Counted from the first letter of the stretch, positions 14,280 to 27,749 are shown. The stretch is DNA of 64,000 bases from Eledone cirrhosa (GCA_964016885.1 OZ024752.1:41230001-41294000), one strand, 5' to 3'. Numbers and translations are program-made. Notes: a model not told the origin generated them from the letters alone.

Positions 14280-14615
14280 GTTAAAGTGTACATATACATA
14301 TGTATACGGAAGTATTAGTATGCATATAAATACACATATGTATACATATGTACATGTACCGAGCTTTTCACTAGACACTTTGCAGTGAGTGTCCAGCTAG
14401 TCTGTATGTAAACACACAGACGAACCGGGTTTTCCTTGAAAACCCGTATGACTTTAAAACCCGGTTCGTCTTTGTGTTTACATACAGACTAGCTGGACAC
14501 TCACTGCAAAGTGTCTAGTGAAAAGATCGGTACATGTACATATGTATACATATGTGTATTTATATGCATACTAATACTTCCGTATACATATGTAGATGTA
14601 CACTTTAACTTAATT
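14274..14615. repeat. Fold-back inverted repeat, 160-bp arms, 22-nt loop
   Basis: 14274-14433 is the reverse complement of 14456-14615, with 3 mismatches seen. Confidence 0.92.
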
Positions 14616-14682
14616 GTTTAAGCGTCAGTCATACAAAAGTGAGTTAGAAGCGAAACGAAATTTAATTTCGTTTCGTTATTTG

Positions 14683-14714
<32 letters not shown>

Positions 14715-14721
<7 letters not shown>

Positions 14722-15038
14722 GAGGGCTTTATTCCAAAACGAAAAAGAAAACGAGATGTCCTACACGAGTGAAAGTATAAGGAAAAAAAGATGAATCGAA
14801 AATGCAACTGGAGTCTTTTTAAGAATATTTATTTGGTTGCTTTACCGGTTTCACAGTTCTTGTGCTTTTCAAAAGTAGAATTGAGATGGAGCGTTTGTGG
14901 TTTTCCTCGCATTTATATATATATATTTCGTTTCTGAATTTGTTTAGCAAGATTCTTTATCTGAAATCGTGTGTTGAAACCGATATTGTTATACTTTGGG
15001 AGGTTCATGTTGCCAATAAGAAAGTAATAACAAAGTAT

Positions 15039-15042
<4 letters not shown>
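14715..15042. mobile_element. TA-embedded repeat fragments: degenerate hammerhead element plus a dispersed repeat
   Basis: Minus strand TTGAAAA-GCAC..GT-GAAA-CCGG-TA at about 14838-14880. 14922-15025 recurs at 22405-22497 (inverted) and 38287-38383. Confidence 0.55.
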
Positions 15043-15109
<67 letters not shown>

Positions 15110-15253
15110 AGAGACGAAATATATATACCAATAGTGTAGTGTGGGTGGCTTCTAGCACCATATAAGGAGCTAATGAAGTAACTTTTGACAAACAATTTAT
15201 CCAATGGTTAATTACTGGTCAACAATTTAAATTGACTAAAATTAATTAAACAG

Positions 15254-15292
15254 TCCTCAGTAGTATAGTGGTAAATATACCTGCTTGTCACG
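15254..15292 (+). pseudogene. tRNA-Asp(GTC) 5' fragment fused to a SINE body
   Basis: TCCTCAGTAGTATAGTGGTAAATATACCTGCTTGTCACG versus canonical metazoan tRNA-Asp 5' TCCTCGTTAGTATAGTGGTGAGTATCCCCGCCTGTCACG (32/39, reference recalled from memory). Anticodon GTC at 15287-15289. Confidence 0.7.
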
Positions 15293-15637
15293 TTCTGAGT
15301 TCAAATCTAGTTTGAGGTTAGCTTTGTCTTTTACCCTTACGGGGTCGATAGAATAATGTACCAGTGATACAATGGGGTTGATTTATTCGACTTCCCACTC
15401 CCCATAAAATTGTTGGCCATGTGCCATTGTAATACCCAGAAACATTTATTATTATCATCCCGCGGTGAATTGCCAGTATCGGTAGAGGGTCGGACGCTAT
15501 GCTTTGACGCATAGAGTTACGGCCCTTGCCATTCTGAGTTCGAATCCCACCGCGGTTAACTTTGCCTTTCATCCTTACGTGGTCGATAAAATAAATTATC
15601 AATAAAGCACTGGGATCGTTTTCATCGACTTTCAGCT

Positions 15638-15668
<31 letters not shown>

Positions 15669-15913
15669 TAAAGGAATTTCTGGCCTTGTGCCTAAATCAG
15701 AGACCATGAATTAACAGACAAGGGCGGTGAATTGGCAGTATCGGTAGAAGGTCGGACGCCATGCTTTGACGCAGAGAGTTACGGACCTTTGCCATTCTGA
15801 GTTCGAATCCCGCCGAGGTTAACTTTGCCTTTCATCCTTACGGGGTCGATAAAATAAAGTACCAGTAATGCACTGGGTAATTGCTGGCCTTGTGCCAATA
15901 GTAGAAACAATTA
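15290..15913 (+). mobile_element. Three tandem SINE family 1 copies (first with chimeric head)
   Basis: B box, central domain and 3' end present at about 15290-15452, 15460-15707 and 15722-15913. Confidence 0.85.
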
Positions 15914-15935
15914 ATTAACAGACATTTAATAGATT

Positions 15936-16551
15936 ATAATTGTTTCTACGTTAGGCACAAGGCCAGCAATTACCCAGTGCATTACTGGTACTTTATTCTA
16001 TCGACCCCGTAAGGATGAAAGGCAAAGTAAACCTCGGCTAAATAATTGTTTCTACTTTAGGCACAAGGCCAGCAAATACCCTGTGCATTACTGGTACTTT
16101 ACTTTATCGACCCCGTAAGGATGAAAGGCAAAGTAAACCTCGGCTAAATAATTGTTTCTACTTTAGGCACAAGGCCAGCAAATACCCTGTGCATTACTGG
16201 TACTTTACTTTATCGACCCCGTAAGGATGAAAGGCAAAGTAAACCTCGGCTAAATAATTGTTTCTACTTTAGGCACAAGGCCAGCAAATACCCTGTGCAT
16301 TACTGGTACTTTATTTTATCGACCCCGTAAGGATGAAAGGCAAAGTAAACCTCGGCTAAATAATTGTTTCTACTTTAGGCACAAGGCCAGCAAATACCCT
16401 GTGCATTACTGGTACTTTATTTTATCGACCCCGTAAGGATGAAAGGCAAAGTTAACCTCGACGGGATTTGAACTCAGAATGGCAAGGGCCGTAACTCTAT
16501 GCGTCAAAGCATGGCGTCCGACCCTCTACCGATACTGCCAATCCACCGTCC
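15936..16551 (-). mobile_element. SINE family 1 with 5 tandem copies of its 106-bp 3' half
   Basis: Units start at 15937, 16042, 16148, 16254 and 16360. The last continues into the B box and A box up to about 16550. Confidence 0.9.
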
Positions 16552-16980
16552 TTTAATAGATTATAATAATCTTGTTTCTCGGGTTAACCAGTATGAATAG
16601 CCAGCCCTAAACTTCCTATCTCTGACAACTTCAGGTTTAATCTTATGTACATTCCTATTTCTAAAATCGAATTTAAAAGTTCTCTATCTGGGGATATACT
16701 TACAGAAGGTATGATAATATATTCCACCTTAATCTTTATAATGTCATCTATGGCGTCCTGAATTAGGTAAATGTTATTAATATCAGTTATTAATTAGGTA
16801 AATGTTATTAATATCAGTTATTAATAGTTATCAATAAATAAAAAATAAGCCCAGCTTAATTGCTCTCACATAGTCTCAAATCCCTCGCCACCTACCTCAG
16901 CTCGTAAATAGTGAAAGATCTCAATATGTGTGTGTGGGGGGTGGGGGGTGGAGAGACTGAATGTGTGTGTGGTATATATT

Positions 16981-17017
<37 letters not shown>

Positions 17018-17060
17018 GAGTATATAGGTCACTATTATTGCGACGCCATACCAAGTGGAT

Positions 17061-17100
<40 letters not shown>

Positions 17101-17180
17101 GAATATATATATATATATATATATATGAATATATATATATATATATATGAACATATATATATATATATATATTTATATAC

Positions 17181-17211
<31 letters not shown>

Positions 17212-17701
17212 TGAATATATATATATATTTATATTTATATACATATATATATACATACACACATACATGTGTGGGTGTGAGAGAAAGAGAGAGAGAGTCT
17301 GCGTGTGTGTGTGTCTCTCTGTGTCTGTGTTTGTGCGTGTGTGTGTGTATGTGCGTGTGTGTGTGGGTGTGTGTATGTGTGTGTGTGTGAGTATGTGCAC
17401 GGGTATGTGTATACTCCGATTAAGACGATTAGAACTTTCCATGAAAACACCAGGATTATATAAAATGGTAATATATGAGAAGTGTAGTTATTGGTTCAAG
17501 AAATTTCAAACTGGTTGGCTTGAATGTTTTAATGTATATTTACTACCATATTTGGCAATGTATATTTTACCATATTAGGTAATGGATTTTTATCATGGTA
17601 TTTCAAAGTAGTAAAATAATAAACACTGGTGAAATTTTGTACAATGTTCAACAGTTTATTACAAATTAAATCTTATGCATTACTGTAAAAAAAAAAAAGT
17701 A

Positions 17702-20700
17702 AAGCGATTTGCACGGGGTCTACGTCTGGGTTTCCTACCAGTTGGTTTTACCCGTAAAATCTGTCCAGTGATTCTTTCTTGAGACATTCTAACTACATGT
17801 TCATAGTATCGGAGCTGTGGTCTCTCAGTTCGGAGAAGCAGCGGCTCTACCTGGAGTGACTCTCCAGTGATTCTTTTCTGAGACATTCTAACCACATACC
17901 CATAGTATCGGAGCTGTGATCTATCAATTCGGGGGAAGTAGCAGCTTTACCTGGAGTAACTCTCTCATCTCCGAGCTACAAATCTGTCCAGTGATTCTTT
18001 CTTGAGACATTCTAACCACATACCCATAGTATCAGAGCTGTGATCTATCAATTCGGGGGAAGTAGCAGCTCTACCTGGAGTAACTCTCTCATCTCCGAGC
18101 TACAAATCTGTTCAGTGATTCTTTCTTGAGACATTCTAACCACATACCCATAGTATCGGAGCTGTGATCTATCAATTCGGGGGAAGTAGCAGCTTTACCT
18201 GGAGTAACTCTCTCATCTCCGAGCTACAAATCTGTTCAGTGATTCTTTCTTGAGACATTCTAACCACATACCCATAGTATCGGAGCTGTGATCTATCAAT
18301 TCGGGGGAAGTAGCAGCTCTACCTGGAGTGACTCTCTGATCTCCGAGCTACAAATCTGTTCAGTGATTCTTTCTTGAGACATTCTAACCACATACCCATA
18401 GTATTGGAGCTGTGGTCTCTCAGTTCGGAGAAGTAACGGGTATAACAGAAGTGGCTCTCTCATCTCCGAGCTACAAATCTGTCCAGTGATTCTTTCTTGA
18501 GACATTCTAACCACATACCCATAGTATCGGAGCTGTGATCTATCAATTCGGGGGAAGTAGCTAGTATAACAGAAGTAACTCTCTGATCTCTGAGCTACAA
18601 ATCTGTTCAGTGGTTCTTTCTTGAGACATTCTAACCACATACCCATAGTATTGGAGCTGTGGTCTCTCAGTTCGGAGAAGTAACGGGTATAACAGAAGTG
18701 GCTCTCTCATCTCCGAGCTACAAATCTGTCCAGTGATTCTTTCTTGAGACATTCTAACCACATACCCATAGTATCGGAGCTGTGATCTATCAATTCGGGG
18801 GAAGTAGCTAGTATAACAGAAGTAACTCTCTGATCTCTGAGCTACAAATCTGTTCAGTGGTTCTTTCTTGAGACATTCTAACCACATACCCATAGTATCG
18901 GAGCTGTGATCTATCAATTCGGGGGAAGTAGCTAGTATAACAGAAGTAACTCTCTGATCTCTGAGCTACAAATCTGTTCAGTGGTTCTTTCTTGAGACAT
19001 TCTAACCACATACCCATAGTATTGGAGCTGTGGTCTCTCAGTTCGGAGAAGTAACGTGTATAACAGAAGTGGCTCTCTCATCTCCGAGCTACAAATCTGT
19101 CCAGTGATTCTTTCTTGAGACATTCTAACCACATACCCATAGTATCGGAGCTGTGATCTATCAATTCGGGGGGAAGTAGCAGCTCTACCTGGAGTAACTC
19201 TCTCATCTCCGAGCTACAAATCTGTCCAGTGATTCTTTCTTGAGACATTCTAACCACATACCCATAGGTATCGGAGCTGTGATCTATCAATTCGGGGGAA
19301 GTAGCAGCTCTACCTGGAGTAACTCTCTCATCTCCGAGCTACAAATCTGTCCAGTGATTCTTTCTTGAGACATTCTAACCACATACCCATAGTATCGGAG
19401 CTGTGATCTATCAATTCGGGGGGAAGTAGCAGCTCTACCTGGAGTGACTCTCTGATCTCCGAGCTACAAATCTGTTCAGTGATTCTTTCTTGAGACATTC
19501 TAACCACATACCCATAGTATTGGAGCTGTGGTCTCTCAGTTCGGAGAAGTAACGGGTATAACAGAAGTGGCTCTCTCATCTCCGAGCTACAAATCTGTCC
19601 AGTGATTCTTTCTTGAGACATTCTAACCACATACCCATAGTATCGGAGCTGTGATCTATCAATTCGGGGGAAGTAGCTAGTATAACAGAAGTAACTCTCT
19701 GATCTCTGAGCTACAAATCTGTTCAGTGGTTCTTTCTTGAGACATTCTAACCACATACCCATAGTATTGGAGCTGTGGTCTCTCAGTTCGGAGAAGTAAC
19801 GGGTATAACAGAAGTGGCTCTCTCATCTCCGAGCTACAAATCTGTTCAGTGATTCTTTCTTGAGACATTCTAACCACATACCCATAGTATCGGAGCTGTG
19901 ATCTATCAATTCGGGGGAAGTAGCTAGTATAACAGAAGTAACTCTCTGATCTCTGAGCTACAAATCTGTTCAGTGGTTCTTTCTTGAGACATTCTAACCA
20001 CATACCCATAGTATCGGAGCTGTGATCTATCAATTCGGGGGAAGTAGCTAGTATAACAGAAGTAACTCTCTGATCTCTGAGCTACAAATCTGTTCAGTGG
20101 TTCTTTCTTGAGACATTCTAAACCACATACCCATAGTATTGGAGCTGTGGTCTCTCAGTTCGGAGAAGTAACGTGTATAACAGAAGTGGCTCTCTCATCT
20201 CCGAGCTACAAATCTGTCCAGTGATTCTTTCTTGAGACATTCTAACCACATACCCATAGTATCGGAGCTGTGATCTATCAATTCGGGGGAAGTAGCAGCT
20301 CTACCTGGAGTAACTCTCTCATCTCCGAGCTACAAATCTGTCCAGTGATTCTTTCTTGAGACATTCTAACCACATACCCATAGTATCGGAGCTGTGATCT
20401 ATCAATTCGGGGGAAGTAGCAGCTCTACCTGGAGTAACTCTCTCATCTCCGAGCTACAAATCTGTCCAGTGATTCTTTCTTGAGACATTCTAACCACATA
20501 CCCATAGTATCGGAGCTGTGATCTATCAATTCGGGGGAAGTAGCAGCTTTACCTGGAGTAACTCTCTGATCTCCGAGTTACAAATCTGTTCAGTGATTCT
20601 TTCTTGAGACATTCTAACCACATACCCATAGTATTGGAGCTGTGGTCTCTCAGTTCGGAGAAGTAACGGGTATAACAGAAGTGGCTCTCTCATCTCCGAG

Positions 20701-21040
20701 CTACAAATCTGTCCAGTGATTCTTTCTTGAGACATTCTAACCACATACCCATAGTATCGGAGCTGTGATCTATCAATTCGGGGGGGAAGTAGCAGCTTTA
20801 CCTGGAGTAACTCTCTCATCTCCGAGCTACAAATCTGTTCAGTGATTCTTTCTTGAGACATTCTAACCACATACCCATAGTATCGGAGCTGTGATCTCTC
20901 AATTCGGGGGAAGTAGCAGCTCTACCTGGAGTGACTCTCTGATCTCCGAGCTACAAATCTGTTCAGTGATTCTTTCTTGAGACATTCTAACCACATACAG
21001 AAATAGCTGGTATAACAGAAGTGACTCTCTGATCTCCAAC
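17702..21040 (-). repeat. Satellite of 123-125-bp monomers (about 26) derived from the RT C-terminus of an RTE-clade LINE
   Basis: Minus-strand translation ESLQVEPLLLRTERPQLRYYEHVVRMSQERITGQILRVKPTGRKPRRRPR matches the RTE 'LRW.GHV.RM...R....GRP' motif. Monomer starts at 17980, 18104, 18228, 18352, 18475 and onward. Confidence 0.9.
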
Positions 21041-21187
21041 TCTTGCGGTTTTTTGTTATCTTCATTTTATGTTCTCAGATTAAATCCATTCCCAGATCAA
21101 CTTTGCTTTCTTTTCTATCTGGGTCGATGAAATAGGCCTTAATGAAAAGATAAGATCCATGGAATAATCTATTCTCTAAATTTCTTG

Positions 21188-21402
21188 CGTGGATTGGAAA
21201 TATCGCTAGAGCATCGGGACAAAATACTTTGCGCTATTTAATTAGGTATTTCAACATTCTGAGTTCAAATTCCGCCGAGGTCAACTTTGCCTGTTTTTCC
21301 TTCCTAAGTCGATAAAATAAAGTACCAGTTATCCACTGGGGTTGCTATAACAGACTTTCCACTTCCTGCAAATTGCTGGCCCTGTGTCAATGTTAGAAAG
21401 AT
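21188..21402 (+). mobile_element. Diverged SINE family 1 copy
   Basis: GGATTGG..., CTGAGTTCAAATTCCGCCGAGGTCAACTTTGCC, GTCGATAAAATAAAGTACCAG. Confidence 0.75.
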
Positions 21403-21528
21403 TTATGTTTATATTCTCTTATATATATATATATATATATATATATTTTATAACTGATTCTACATAAAGTCCTATGGCTTTTGTAACTTACCATGTATAT
21501 TATCACCCTTGTGTCCAATAAAGAAATT

Positions 21529-21574
<46 letters not shown>

Positions 21575-21709
21575 TACACACACACACACACACATACACA
21601 CACATATATATTTATATATATTTATATATATATATATTTATATATCATATATATATATTTGTATATCATATATATATATATCATCTATATATGTATATAT
21701 TTCTTTTAT

Positions 21710-21744
<35 letters not shown>

Positions 21745-21751
21745 TACACAC

Positions 21752-21799
<48 letters not shown>

Positions 21800-21994
21800 C
21801 ATATATATATATATTTATATATCATATATATATATATCATCTATATATGTATATATTTTGTTTATATCATATATATATATATATATAAACGCTCAGCCGT
21901 CAGGGTCCTGAACCTTTTCATATTACCCACTCTATTACCCCAAGTATCGAGTACTCTGGTGGGTGATGGTCTAACTGGTTTTTACCACACCCTA

Positions 21995-22049
<55 letters not shown>

Positions 22050-22090
22050 ACGATATTAACAAATGGAAACTATATTTATAAAACCATATC

Positions 22091-22155
22091 TATTTTATTA
22101 TACATATTTCAAGGATACCATGTTAAATTATGGTGTGCTTTCATCAGACAAAATA
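22091..22155 (-). ncRNA. Type I hammerhead ribozyme (element family E2, copy 1; element about 22050-22230)
   Basis: Minus strand: TATTTTGT-CTGATGA-AAGCACACCATAATTTAACATGGTATCCTT-GAAA-TATGTA-TA^ATAAAATA. Stem I 8 bp, stem II present, near-palindromic stem III. Confidence 0.75.
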
Positions 22156-22595
22156 CAATATATACCAGTTTTATAAATAAATATTGACGTACCCTTTCAA
22201 AATGCAACCCGTTACTTTTGGAAAACATCGGGATATTGGATTTGTTTATCTTAGTAAGTCATTGTGTTTCGGAGAACACAATATATATATACACAATATA
22301 TATATATATAATATACTATAAATTATGTCCATAGAATCATTTGATAAGATATATACTCTATACTATATATATATATTATTGTTTATACTTTGGGAGGGTC
22401 ATGTTGGCAACATGACCCTCCCAAAGTATAACAATATCGGTTTCAACACACGATTTCAGATAAAGAATCTTGCTAAACAAATTCAGAAACGAAATATATA
22501 TATATATATATATATACATATTAACAAAATTATTTGCAGAATTTGTGTTTCGGCTCTTTATGTACAGAGTTTAAATCCAGGGGTCGAAGATACAA

Positions 22596-23013
22596 GGTGG
22601 ATTGGCAGTATCGGTAGAGGGTCGGACGCCATGCTTTGACGCCATTCTGAGTTCAAATCCCGCCGAGGTTAACTTTGCCTTTCATCCTTACGGGGGTCGA
22701 TGAAACAAAGTACCAGTAATGCACTGGGGTAATTGCTGGCCTTGTGCCTAAAATAGAAACAATTATTATATTTTGTATTGGTATTTGAGGGTTTCTCCTA
22801 TTTATAGCTGTCCGAACGATTGGAAAAAATCTCACAACCTGTGTGGTTAATGATTATAAGATGAGGACTGATAAAATTGATTACACTAATTCCTTGAAAT
22901 GTTTTAATTAATAAAATTAATAATTGTTTGTTTGTTTTTTGTTTGTTTTTGTTTTTCATAATCGAAACTGAATAAACTTCAAGCAATTTGCATTTCGGGA
23001 TGGGGGGCGGGGG

Positions 23014-23063
<50 letters not shown>

Positions 23064-23471
23064 GATTGGCAGTAACGGTAGAGGGTCGGACACCATGCTT
23101 TGACGCATAGAGTTACGGCCCTTGCCATTCTGATTTCAAATCCCGACGAGGTTAACTTTGCCTTTCATCCTTAAAGAGTCGAGAAAATATAGTACAAGTA
23201 ATGCACTGAGGTAATTGCTGGCCTTGTGCCAAAACTAGAAACATTATCATCATCATCAATCATCATCATCATCATCATCATCATTATTATTTGGCAGTAT
23301 CGGTAGAGGGTCGGACGCCCATGCTTTGACGCATATAGAGTTACAGCCCTTGCCATTCTGAGTTCAAATCCCGCCGAGGTTAACTTTGCCCTTTCATTCT
23401 TACAGGGTCGATAAAATAAAGTACCAGTCACGCACTTGGGTCATTGCTGGCCTGTGTGCCAAAACTAGAAA

Positions 23472-23475
<4 letters not shown>
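22596..23475 (+). mobile_element. Three SINE family 1 copies (22596-22768, 23064-23245, 23290-23475)
   Basis: A box, B box and central domain present; (ATT)n and (ATC)n tails. Confidence 0.85.
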
Positions 23476-23507
<32 letters not shown>

Positions 23508-23915
23508 TATTATCATTATTATCATTATCATCAAAATTGTTAATTTATGTGGCTAATAGATTGTATTTTCCTGAGATACTCTCGTGAAATAATAATGTGG
23601 CACACCCACTCACTTAAAGATGGAGCCAATTGAAAAGCTCTACTTAATGAAGGTGGTTTCAGGTGAAACACAATAACCTACCTGGCTGCTACAATACATC
23701 TTCAGCATGGTAGGCGAAGATATATTTTATTCATCACCATATATTATATTTTGAAAATACCTCCCCCCTGCATAGTGGAAATCTAATAATTATATATTGG
23801 CATATATTTCGTTACAGAGGAGTATGTATATGTAAGCTGAAGTCTGTGTGGGTGTTAAGGGAGTAAAAGGTCTCTCTCCTCTCTCTCTAACTCTCTCTCC
23901 CCCTCCCCCTCCCCC

Positions 23916-23970
<55 letters not shown>

Positions 23971-23985
23971 CGTCTCTCTCTCTCG

Positions 23986-24021
<36 letters not shown>

Positions 24022-25217
24022 TCTCTCTCTCTCTATATATATATATATAGTAATAATGATAAATTTGAAGACTAAAATCCAAAGAGGGCTCGATATATAT
24101 ATATATACACACACACATAGATATATAGATATATGTATATATATATATGTATATATTTATAGATATATAAGTATATATTGTATATATAGATATATAAGAT
24201 ATATATATGTAATATATATATATGTATATATTTATAGATATATAAGTATATTTATGTATATATATATATGTATATATTTATAGATATATAAGTATATATA
24301 TGTATATATATATATGTATATATTTATAGATATATAAGTATATATATGTATATATATAAGTATATATTTATAAATATATAAGTATATATAATGTATATAT
24401 ATGTATATATTTATAGATATATAAGTATATATGATGTATAATATATATATATATATTTATATATAGATATATATGAATGCATGTATGATGTATATATATT
24501 AATGTATATATGACGTATATATATTTATGAATGTATATATGATGTCTATATATATATATTTATGAATGTGTATATGATGTATATATATATATTACATATA
24601 TATAAATTTATGAATGTGTATATGATGTATGTATTTATATATATATTTATGAATGTATAAATGATGTGTATATTATATATTATATCCCCTATCACATGCA
24701 GATTAAGGAGCGTGTGAGTGTATGAGAAAAAAAAGGCTATATATATGTGTGTGTGTGTGTGCATGCTATAGGTGTGTGTATAAAGTCGATGTGGGGGTGC
24801 AACGGTGTAAGAAAAGAAATGGCGGTATAAAAAAAAAATTTAGAGATCTAGTTAATACTGATTTAGTTGTTAATATTATTTAACTATAGGAGATACACTG
24901 AAAGAATTTTAGCATTATATATATATATATATATATATATATGCCTGTGTGTAATATAATATAATATAATATAGTATAGAAATGGCTTCTACGGGACTAG
25001 AACTGTTTCATTTTGCTGTGTAGCTTACTTACAGTGGTTTCCCCCCCTATTGAACCCGCGATAAACACACACATATATATATATATATAAATATAAATAC
25101 ATATACAGGATGTGAGTTGTTGATTACATGTATATATATATATATATTATATATTATATATATATATATATGAGTGTACGTGTGTAAATTTATATTCCAT
25201 ATTATATATTAAATATA

Positions 25218-25269
<52 letters not shown>

Positions 25270-25272
<3 letters not shown>

Positions 25273-25455
25273 CGAAGGAAATGTGGTAAGGAACCAGGTG
25301 GACCATAACGCACCAAAGTACTCAATACTTAGGGTAGTAGAGTGGGTAATAGGAACGAGTAGGACCCCGACGGCTGAGCTCAAGCCGTTTCGACGGCTAA
25401 GTCCAGAATTAGCCGTCGAAAGGGCTTAAGCTCAGCCGTCGGGGTCCTACACGTT

Positions 25456-25460
<5 letters not shown>
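25270..25460 (+). mobile_element. Element family E1: about 190-bp TA-embedded element with terminal hairpin
   Basis: TAACGAAGGAAATGTGGTAAGGAACCAG...GTACTCAATACTTAGGGTAG, then inverted repeat 25349-25460. Flanked by (TA)n on both sides. Strand is arbitrary. Confidence 0.8.
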
Positions 25461-25529
<69 letters not shown>

Positions 25530-25799
25530 TAACTAGAATTATAAGCTTTCGCTGTAATTCATGTAGAAAAATCTAATAGTATATATAACAAGGTATATAA
25601 GTGCACCATAGCGGAAGAAAATGAGGATTTACACAGGTGGCGAGGTTCATATAATCGGCGAGCACACTAATCTAGAAATTAGGAGACGTGTGTTCGATAT
25701 CCATCAATACTGATATCCATTAGTGTCAGTTATGAGGGATTATATATCTTGTTAATACACAGTTTTCTGTAGTCAAAATACGGCGAAAGAGTTTAAATC

Positions 25800-25834
<35 letters not shown>

Positions 25835-25837
<3 letters not shown>

Positions 25838-25974
25838 AAAAAGTATGACCCCGACGGCAGAGCTCAATCAATTTCGACGGCTATTTCTGGACTATTTCCC
25901 ACTCTACCTCACTATATATTGAGTACTCTGGTGCGTTATGGTCCATCTGGTTCCTTACCACAATTCCTTTGTTA

Positions 25975-25975
<1 letters not shown>
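25835..25975 (-). mobile_element. E1 copy with one hairpin arm deleted
   Basis: GGAAAAAGTATGACCCCGACGGCAGAGCTC joined to the reverse complement of the E1 body. Confidence 0.7.
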
Positions 25976-26013
<38 letters not shown>

Positions 26014-26276
26014 AATAATATATAATATATATATATATAATATATATATATATATATTCATATTTATATACATACATAGATATATATATATATTTATGTA
26101 TATAGGTATATATATATATATATATTTATAAACATATATATATACAAATATAAATATAGATTTATATATATATAGACATATATGTGTGCGTACGTGTGTG
26201 TATGTGTTTGTGATTGTGTGTTTATATATACATTCAGGTATGCATGTATATAACTATGCGTATATATACATGTTTG

Positions 26277-26352
<76 letters not shown>

Positions 26353-26464
26353 ATTTGTGTATGTATATATTCTATAAATGCATAAGTTTATATATTGGTA
26401 CATTTAGTTATATATATTTACACGGCCACCCATCTGTATATATGCATATATATGCATATATATG

Positions 26465-26501
<37 letters not shown>

Positions 26502-26504
26502 GTG

Positions 26505-26536
<32 letters not shown>

Positions 26537-26911
26537 TATATATAATATGTATATGGTTCATATAAATATATATATATATATATATAATGCATACTTACAA
26601 ACATACATGTAGATATATATTTATTTATATATAAATGTATAAGTATAGATATATATATATATATATATATAATATATATAATATATATATATAATATATA
26701 TATACTTATACATATATACTTATACATATATACTTTATACATATATACTTATACATATATACTTATATATATATACTTATACATATATACTTATATATAT
26801 ATATACTTATATATACATACTCATATATATATACCTATATATAATCTTATAAACTTACAACCCCCCCCCCCAACACACACACATACACATACGCACACAC
26901 ACACACACACT

Positions 26912-26951
<40 letters not shown>

Positions 26952-27120
26952 AATATATACATATATCTATATGTAAAGAGTTTCAGGCAGGAGACTAGAC
27001 TATATAAGAAACGAAACCTCGGTCCAATGTTCTGTGGGTATATAATACACTACATAATTACTGTGTGATTACTGTAATAATTTAAAGTTATATATACTAC
27101 ACATAGAATATAGTCTCTCC

Positions 27121-27167
<47 letters not shown>

Positions 27168-27225
27168 CATATATCAGATCTCATCAATTATTAATATTAT
27201 TATTAATATATATATATATATTATA

Positions 27226-27294
<69 letters not shown>

Positions 27295-27384
27295 TTGTGT
27301 GTTTGTGTCTGTGCATATATAGTGTACATTCAAATATATATATATATATGCATGTATACACACAACACACACAAATATCTATAT

Positions 27385-27472
<88 letters not shown>

Positions 27473-27476
27473 TATA

Positions 27477-27528
<52 letters not shown>

Positions 27529-27660
27529 AAATATATTATATATATATATATTAATAATAATATTAATAATTGATGAGATCTGATATATGTATATTTCATA
27601 AACATATATATATATATATATAACTAGGTGTTATATAGGTGCTTTTTTATATATATATAA

Positions 27661-27704
<44 letters not shown>

Positions 27705-27718
27705 TATATGTGTGTACG

Positions 27719-27749
<31 letters not shown>

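Noticed and set aside
14955-14990. CTGAAAT..GAAACCGATA as a hammerhead
   Set aside because: Core mismatched; stems I and II do not pair.
18296-20870. Repeat-protein ORFs in the 124-bp array
   Set aside because: Most monomers are 124-125 bp and shift frame; they are remnants of LINE RT sequence.
7250-21040. Regular arrays as CRISPR-like loci
   Set aside because: No unique spacers; units are whole tandem copies, and the context is eukaryotic.
25636-25705. tRNA-like segment with GTTCGATATCC
   Set aside because: A cloverleaf cannot be closed; at most a decayed SINE head.
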